A DNA stretch of 64,000 nt, from assembly GCA_965227295.1 (NCBI GenBank), contig OZ245742.1:4192001-4256000 (forward strand), given 5' to 3'. The position numbers and the translations under genes were made by a program. Under the pieces are notes generated by a model. The model was not told the origin of the DNA. It did not search any database and was given only the letters and a program-made list of their open reading frames with translations. Position 1 is the first letter of the stretch, and each line of letters starts with the position of its first letter. Source of the DNA: Leptonemataceae bacterium (lineage in GTDB: Bacteria; Spirochaetota; Leptospiria; Leptospirales; Leptonemataceae). Below are positions 57,917-64,000 of the stretch, one piece after another.

Positions 57917-58936
57917 TTAATCTACGGTAAGCACAACCTTGCCGGTGTTCTTGCGATCCTGGATGAACTGATGCGCCTCCGCGGCCTGGCTTAACGGGAA
58001 GCTTGCAGCGATGTGCGGTTTGATCTTACCCACCTCGAACAAATCCACCAATTCAAGACCGATGTGGCGCAGAACCGGTAGCTCCTCCCACAGGTGACCC
58101 AGGTTCAAACCGAAGACGCCCTTGTTTTGATTGAGGAGGCTCAGCGGTTTGAACTTCGGCATCGAAAACACCGTGGTGAGCAGGCTGATCATGGAACGCC
58201 GCTTCCCCGTGGCCGCGCTGGAGATGCCGAACATCACCAGGCGTCCCAGACTCGCCAGAGAATCGTAGCTTTTTTGAAAAGACTTACCGCCTACCGCGTC
58301 AAGGATCAGATGGACGCCCTTGCCGTTCGTAATGCGACGCACCTCCGCCTCGAAGTCCTGCGTGCGATAGTCGATGGCGTGATGCAGTCCGTGTTCTTTC
58401 AGAAAAGCGTGTTTGCCCGCCGAAGCGGTACCGAAGATTTCCGCGTTCTTAAGTTGTGCGAGCTGAATCGCGGCAAGGCCCACGCCGCCGCCGGCCGAGT
58501 GGATTAAGAAACGTTCGCCTTCTTTTAAGTTGCCCTGAAAAAACATGCCCAGGTGCGCCGTGAAGTAGTTCACGGGAATGGCGGCGGCTTCTTCGAAGCT
58601 CGCATCTTTCGGCATGGCAAAGACCTGCTGCTCCGGCACGCTGACCACGGATGAATAACCGCCGAACCGCGTAATGGCGAAAACGCGATCGCCCGCTTTG
58701 AACTCGCGGACTCCGGCGCCCACGGCACTCACCGTACCCGCCACTTCATAGCCGACGACACAGGGAATCGGCGGCGCGTCGGGATACATACCCATGCGCG
58801 CCAGGATGTCGGCGAAGTTAATGCCCGTCGCACGCACGGCGATCAATACCTCGCCCTCCCCCGGCGTCGGGTCCGGCGCTTCGCGTAATTCGAGCACCTC
58901 CGGCGCTCCGGTTTTTGAAATCCAGATCTGTTGCAT
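57917..58936 (-). CDS. Medium-chain dehydrogenase/reductase (quinone oxidoreductase/VAT-1-like)
   Basis: GINFAD...R.G.YP, GYEVAG, LIHSAGGGVGLAAIQLA, RKNTGKVVL. Confidence 0.9.
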   Translation of the reverse strand: MQQIWISKTGAPEVLELREAPDPTPGEGEVLIAVRATGINFADILARMGMYPDAPPIPCVVGYEVAGTVSAVGAGVREFKAGDRVFAITRFGGYSSVVSVPEQQVFAMPKDASFEEAAAIPVNYFTAHLGMFFQGNLKEGERFLIHSAGGGVGLAAIQLAQLKNAEIFGTASAGKHAFLKEHGLHHAIDYRTQDFEAEVRRITNGKGVHLILDAVGGKSFQKSYDSLASLGRLVMFGISSAATGKRRSMISLLTTVFSMPKFKPLSLLNQNKGVFGLNLGHLWEELPVLRHIGLELVDLFEVGKIKPHIAASFPLSQAAEAHQFIQDRKNTGKVVLTVD

Positions 58937-58937
58937 A

Positions 58938-59285
58938 TCAGGCCGCCTCGTAATCGGTGATGAGTGCGACCACGATGATGATCGCGCCGTAGCCGGCAAA
59001 GAAGTAGAGCGCCATGGTATCGCCGCTGAAACCCACGAGAAACGGCAGGGCGATCAAGGCCGGACCGATGATTCGTTCCATCCAGCCGTGGATCGGGAAC
59101 GGAATGAGTCGCAACAAACCGAGGGGCATGGCCGTCGCCAGAGAAATCAACAGATGGCCGCCGGCCAGGGCATAGGCGATGAGTCGCGGCACTTCGCCGA
59201 AGCTCAGCAGCGAGGGAGCGGCCAGAAAGATGAGCACGGTGGCGTAATCGAGCACGCCGTGGAACGAGGGACTGATCAATTTCAT
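58938..59285 (-). CDS. Small four-TM membrane protein (SPW-repeat-like)
   Basis: MKLISP..HGVLDY, IPFPIHGW.E, ALITDY. Confidence 0.7.
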   Translation of the reverse strand: MKLISPSFHGVLDYATVLIFLAAPSLLSFGEVPRLIAYALAGGHLLISLATAMPLGLLRLIPFPIHGWMERIIGPALIALPFLVGFSGDTMALYFFAGYGAIIIVVALITDYEAA

Positions 59286-59674
59286 ATACATTGCGGTAAC
59301 ATGACAAACCGCTGCTTGCAACAAGTTTCGCGGAATGAATATTTCATTGTAAATTTTAAAGTGCCGCACCCCCCGGCCGACCACTGTGGGTCGGCGAAAC
59401 CGGTAACGCCCAGTTCGGCGGCGAGCCCGGGGTCTCGGACGCCTACATCGGCGGCCTGTGGTGGCTGGATCAACTCGCCGCAATTTCCGGAACAGCGCAC
59501 GGTCTATGTCGTAAATACCGACGACGTGCTGGGGCAAATCGTCCGTGTCAACGGCACCACCCTGAATGTCGGCGCGGACGGCACACCACCGCCGATCCGT
59601 TCTTTCGGCGCCCCTCTCGCAACGGACATGGATGTCCTGGTCCCGCCCCTGGGCTATGTTTTTCTCGAAGGACG

Positions 59675-60313
59675 TTAAGGCGAACCGTAACGTTTCGCGT
59701 CCCGCACGGATCCTTCGGCGATCAAAAGCTGTGCCGCATAGTAGGTCAGCATGATCGCCAGGCCGGCGTAGGGTACGGGAGCGACGAAGTTCTTCTGCGC
59801 GATCAACGAGTCCGAGGACATGAAGATCACGGCACCGAAATAAACCGTGAGCGCCGACGGTCTCCGAAAAGCCGCGGATACCGTCATCAGGGCAATCACA
59901 CCGACATATGCAAAGACCGGGCCGGTCATGGCTCCAAGGTGCGGCGCGATATGATAGCCGACCAGCGAGACGAGTATCACCGCCGCGCCGGCAGGAATGA
60001 TCCTGGCCGGACGAAAGTGAAACTGCATGAAGAAACTCGAAGTATAAAGCACGTGCGCCGTGAAGAAAGCGGCCAGCCCCAAAAGAAACGAAGATGCCAG
60101 GGGCAAGGATAGAATGATGTCCCCCACCGAAGAGGCAATCAGGCCGGCGAAAAGCAGTCGTCCCTTGCTGTCGTCGAGATTCAGAAAAACCCTGGCGGCC
60201 AGGGCCCAGATGGGAACGGCCTTCAGGAACGCGAAGAATATGCCCGTTTCAAAGAACGTGAGAATACAGACCAGCACGCTGCTGATCGCGAAGAGAATCA
60301 GAAGGGCCGGCAC
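59675..60313 (-). CDS. YhhN/lysoplasmalogenase family membrane protein
   Basis: K..P, SSVGDIIL, FLLGLAAFFTAHVLY, GA..FM.SDSLIA, MLTYYAAQ. Confidence 0.88.
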   Translation of the reverse strand: MPALLILFAISSVLVCILTFFETGIFFAFLKAVPIWALAARVFLNLDDSKGRLLFAGLIASSVGDIILSLPLASSFLLGLAAFFTAHVLYTSSFFMQFHFRPARIIPAGAAVILVSLVGYHIAPHLGAMTGPVFAYVGVIALMTVSAAFRRPSALTVYFGAVIFMSSDSLIAQKNFVAPVPYAGLAIMLTYYAAQLLIAEGSVRDAKRYGSP

Positions 60314-60323
60314 AACGAACGAC

Positions 60324-61121
60324 TCAGACGCGCACGACGATGGAGCAACTGTGTTCTAAGGCGCCGGAAAAATCTAACCGGTATTCACCTTCGGTTAAGT
60401 GCTCGAAGCTGAGCGACGGACGCCCGGACGCGAAGGACTGCGAGTCCACGGTGCGTCCGTCCTGTTTTAAGGCCAGGCGCGTTTTCCAGTATCCGTCCGG
60501 GCAGGTGACGATCAGCGTGAGGCGTTCGTCGGATTCAGCCAGGATCTGAAACTGAAGGCGGGCGGTGGAGTTCGGGAGAGATTGAGAAAAAACGAGGTGA
60601 GAAGTGCGGGCGGAGGGAATGGCGGCGTTGCGGGTGGCGAGCAGGGTTTCGTCTTCGAGAAACAAACCCTGCCACGCGGACTTCACCGCACGCAGGCCCT
60701 CGCCGAGATGCAGGATTAACGCGGGCACCTCGGGCTGCTCCGTCTGCGCATCCTGAGCGAGGACGCGGCCCATGACGTGGCGCAGCGCTTCCGGAAGTTC
60801 CTGCCGTCCGGCGTCCGTGCGACTCATGAGATCGCCGGCGAAGTAGGCCGCCAGGACGGCTTCCTGATCCGCCCGGGCCAGGCTGTCCGGGAAAGACCCG
60901 GTACGTCTGAGTTCGTCGGCGAGCTGTGAGATTTCGTTTTCGCGGTCGGCGGGAAGCGCGGTGTGCTGCAGGGAGAGACAGGATACCAGGCCCTCTTCCA
61001 GGGCGAAGAGGCTCCGGCGGTGTTCGGGGCTTATTCGGTCCGGATGTTGATAGAGAGACTCGGGGTCCTCAACAAAAAGTCTGTCCATTTCAGGACCGCC
61101 GGCTTCGTTCGATGATTTCAT
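60324..61121 (-). CDS. Hypothetical protein downstream of a sigma factor
   Basis: 265-aa ORF, beta-rich C-terminus. Confidence 0.6.
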   Translation of the reverse strand: MKSSNEAGGPEMDRLFVEDPESLYQHPDRISPEHRRSLFALEEGLVSCLSLQHTALPADRENEISQLADELRRTGSFPDSLARADQEAVLAAYFAGDLMSRTDAGRQELPEALRHVMGRVLAQDAQTEQPEVPALILHLGEGLRAVKSAWQGLFLEDETLLATRNAAIPSARTSHLVFSQSLPNSTARLQFQILAESDERLTLIVTCPDGYWKTRLALKQDGRTVDSQSFASGRPSLSFEHLTEGEYRLDFSGALEHSCSIVVRV

Positions 61122-61303
61122 GTTTTGCTCGCATGGGCCGCTGATTTAAGGGCTGAGCCCGGCGGCATGGTTTGGACTACCTGATTCCCTGTTTCTCTCT
61201 GTTGATCTATACGACGGTGACGGAAATATTTTCCTTAGGGTTCCACCCGATTTTTCCTGACCCTGGCCGGAAAAAGATCTGAAAAATGGCCGTTTTCAGT
61301 GGT

Positions 61304-62260
61304 TTACGAAGAAGATTCACTAACCAACCCGCCGCGCACCCGGTCCAGGGCCCGCATCATCTGCACGGACACGCTGCCCTCGGGAATGTCCAGCAACTCC
61401 GCGATATACCGGTACGGGACCCGCACAATAAAGTGTCCCCGGCTCTTCTTAACGAGTAGTTTCTCGCGCTGCTGGTACTTCTTCTCGATGGAGCGCTCCA
61501 CCCGCTCTATCTCCTCGGGATCGACCTTCTTACCGCCCGAACCAGCCAGGAGCTTCTCCTTCTTCTGCTTCAGCTCAAGGATGGCCAGGTACAGCGAAGT
61601 GATCTTATCCTCGGCGCCGAGGTTCTTGATCTCCTTCTCCGAAAGCATATGCTTCAGGTCTGCCAGGGTCGCGAGAATCTCCGAACGATCCTTGCCCGAG
61701 CGCTCACTGATGTACTGGAGTTCGTCCGGGCTCAGGTCCAGGTAGTAGATGTAGGAAAGCTTAAAGACCGATCGCAGCTCCACGGGCAAATCGAGCATCT
61801 TTTTTTGGAACGCCTGAACGATTTTTTGATCGCCCATATCCAGGCTGCGCGGATCCGGAGTGTTTTCCACGAGATTGTGTTCGTGGCCGCGCTCGTCCGA
61901 GCGAGAGACCTGGACCGTGTCCACTTCCCGAATCGTACGCATCCAGTCGATGACCAGGTTGCGCAGGACCGTATAGAACCAGGTGCGAAACGAGGAGCGC
62001 CCCTGGAAGGAACCGAAGCGGCCGCCGTCCTTGAGGCGTTCAAAGGCGTACAGAAAAAAATCCGAGGCCGCGTCCTGGTCCAGGTGAAAGACCTTGATCG
62101 GGAAGTTATAGATGTCCTCGGCGAACTCTTCGAAGAACTGCTTGAGGGCTGCAGCGTCTCCTTTCCCGCAGAGGTCGACAAGCTCCAGGATCCGTTGTTT
62201 TTCCGCTTCCTCTTCTTCCGTGGGAGCGGCTGCTTCGTTCTGCTGATCCGCGGGCTTCAT
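61304..62260 (-). CDS. Alternative (ECF-like) sigma-70 family factor
   Basis: ASDFFLYAFERL, FQGRSSFRTWFYTVLRNLVIDWMR, YRYIAELLDIPEGSV. Confidence 0.85.
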   Translation of the reverse strand: MKPADQQNEAAAPTEEEEAEKQRILELVDLCGKGDAAALKQFFEEFAEDIYNFPIKVFHLDQDAASDFFLYAFERLKDGGRFGSFQGRSSFRTWFYTVLRNLVIDWMRTIREVDTVQVSRSDERGHEHNLVENTPDPRSLDMGDQKIVQAFQKKMLDLPVELRSVFKLSYIYYLDLSPDELQYISERSGKDRSEILATLADLKHMLSEKEIKNLGAEDKITSLYLAILELKQKKEKLLAGSGGKKVDPEEIERVERSIEKKYQQREKLLVKKSRGHFIVRVPYRYIAELLDIPEGSVSVQMMRALDRVRGGLVSESSS

Positions 62261-62362
62261 GAGTCCTGGCTGTCGCGCGCGAATAGGTACGATAGTTTCA
62301 TGAAAAAGGTGGGTGACCGAAAAACAGTTGCAGGATCGTCGCGACCGGTAAGCATAAAACTG

Positions 62363-63331
62363 ATGATTCCTCGGCAATGTCCACGATTTTTTTCGATCCT
62401 GCTTCCCGCCGCGTTCTGCGCCGGCGTCCTGTATCTTGCCCTGCCCCTGGGCGCGCAGCAAGACGTGCCGGACTCACGACCGAACTTTCGCTGGCCCATG
62501 GAGGCCGGAAACTATCCGGACGTCCGCGGGCTCACTTCGACCTTCGGTGAATCCCGGGGCGACCACTTTCACAACGGCCTGGATATAGCCGGCCTCGGCG
62601 ACCCCATCTACCCCGTGGCGGACGGCTACATCGTCTACGGCCGGCGCGCGGCAGATGACCCGTACCTGCCGGAGCAGGGACCGGGCAACTACGTATTCCT
62701 GTATCACGGCCGCGGCTGGTGGAGCGGCTACTATCACCTGAAAAGCGATCCAACCCTGGCGCGACGGGGCCAGGTCGGCGAGGAAAGCGTCATCGGCCGC
62801 GCCGGCAATACGGGCCATTCCGGCGGGGCGCACCTGCACTTCTTCGTCGCCCGGTACAGTGCCGACGGGACCACCACCATCCTGAACCCGCTCATGCTGT
62901 TGCCGCGCAGCACGGATACGAACGCGCCGGTCATCGGACAGCTCGCCGTATACACACCCAACGGAAAGACTCTTATTGCCCACTCGCGCCCGGAGCGCAT
63001 CCGGCTCACACAATCGTATCCGATCCTGATCAACGTAATTGATCCCGGCATGGAACGATCGACCCGGCGCGGCATATACCGGCTCACCTGGGAGTTGAAC
63101 GGCCTGCCCGCGCAAAGCCGGGTCTTCGACGAAATCAGTTACAACGAGGACGTGGGGGACTGGGTCCTGCAGGATGAGTACACCTTTCCGAAAGTCTTCC
63201 AGCACGGTTTGTATAACCTGGGCGAACTGGAATGGAAGGCCGGCAAGAACACGCTCATCGTTTCGGCCGAAGATCTGAACGGCAACACGGCGAGTGTGGA
63301 ATTCGACGTCACCGTGGATCGCGAGTACTGA
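62363..63331 (+). CDS. M23 family metallopeptidase
   Basis: TSTFGESR.DHFHNGLD, GNYV, YYHL, GNTGHSGGAHLHF; signal peptide. Confidence 0.9.
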   Translation: MIPRQCPRFFSILLPAAFCAGVLYLALPLGAQQDVPDSRPNFRWPMEAGNYPDVRGLTSTFGESRGDHFHNGLDIAGLGDPIYPVADGYIVYGRRAADDPYLPEQGPGNYVFLYHGRGWWSGYYHLKSDPTLARRGQVGEESVIGRAGNTGHSGGAHLHFFVARYSADGTTTILNPLMLLPRSTDTNAPVIGQLAVYTPNGKTLIAHSRPERIRLTQSYPILINVIDPGMERSTRRGIYRLTWELNGLPAQSRVFDEISYNEDVGDWVLQDEYTFPKVFQHGLYNLGELEWKAGKNTLIVSAEDLNGNTASVEFDVTVDREY

Positions 63332-63346
63332 ACCGCTCTTGCGCGC

Positions 63347-64000
63347 TCATTCGGGGCGCACAACATCTTCCGGATCGTAACGATCCCAGGCGCCGCCTTC
63401 CACCGGCGCGCAACGTGCAATGTAGGTCGCGGTCTCCACGACCCGCAGCCGTCCTCGCGGAGCGCCCAGGCGGCTGACGGTAAGTCGCTGACCTTTCTTG
63501 ATCCCGTCGATCGCTCCCAGGTTTACGTAAATCGAACCCGGCTTCACCTTAATGATCTTGCCGTGCGGCGCGAGTCGTGCCCGCAAACGAACGGCGGCCG
63601 CGTTATTCGCATGATAGATCGCATCACGGCCGCGCCCTTCCACGGTAAAACGATCAATGGGAGACGCGGTGTTCTTTTCGGTCACGGAGTAGCTGATGCG
63701 AATGCCCTCCCCGCCCTGAGTGATCCGATAACTTCCCGATACGATATAGTCGACCTTGGTCCGACTGCGTTTCTCCTGCTCTCCGATTTCCCGGGCAAAC
63801 CTGGGGCTGTAGTAGATGCCGTAGGCGTAACGGCCGTTGTCCGCGGCCGCCCCGGATTGGCGAATGTCACTGAGCACGCGCGTGCGAAACTCCGACGAAA
63901 CGGAACGTACCGGTCCCGGGCGGTCGAGTTCAAACATTAAACCCTGCGCGACGCGATCCGCCCCGTCCGGATGCAGCGGGAATTGATCCTCGGGACGAAT
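63347..64000 (-). CDS. 3' end of an exported protein with FlgT-C-like domain (partial)
   Basis: Frame open to the window end; IYVNLGAIDGIKKGQRL. Confidence 0.65.
   Translation of the reverse strand: MRPEDQFPLHPDGADRVAQGLMFELDRPGPVRSVSSEFRTRVLSDIRQSGAAADNGRYAYGIYYSPRFAREIGEQEKRSRTKVDYIVSGSYRITQGGEGIRISYSVTEKNTASPIDRFTVEGRGRDAIYHANNAAAVRLRARLAPHGKIIKVKPGSIYVNLGAIDGIKKGQRLTVSRLGAPRGRLRVVETATYIARCAPVEGGAWDRYDPEDVVRPE

Noticed and set aside
59361..59678. Possible plus-strand ORF between the SPW-like gene and yhhN
   Set aside because: No RBS or recognisable domain; may be a gene remnant
181..63940. Numerous long overlapping or antisense ORFs in the track (e.g. 46541-47521, 55630-56832, 38149-38925)
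   Set aside because: Shadow frames of well-supported genes in GC-rich DNA

Overview
About 64 kb of a GC-rich bacterial chromosome, most likely a Leptospirales spirochaete (inferred from a DUF1554/Len-type lipoprotein, CDxxDPxC lipoprotein, ECF-FecR module and the rpsU-yqeY-dnaG-rpoD block). Housekeeping genes include betA, cysS, rlmB, folD, leuCD, rpsU, dnaG, rpoD and dnaE. Three things stand out. (1) A 17,820-bp integrated element (16433-34259) has a tyrosine integrase. It splits a copy of the host's palindromic REP-like repeat at a 7-bp GCGGAGC core. It carries a virion-like module with no recognisable tailed-phage genes: two candidate beta-rich capsid proteins, a Lys-rich protein, tail-anchored LysM/M15 proteins, a fibre, and a Cys-His-Asp protease with many [LM]xG motifs in its putative substrates. 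It also carries ECF sigma/FecR/adhesin cargo. (2) A signal-peptide-bearing 'half actin' (2641-3246) matches eukaryotic actin subdomains 1 and 2, with subdomains 3-4 cleanly missing. (3) A ~330-bp repeat occurs as a tandem array (6862-8270) and as differently phased single copies at 44341 and 57510. All family assignments come from motif recognition by eye; no database search was run.
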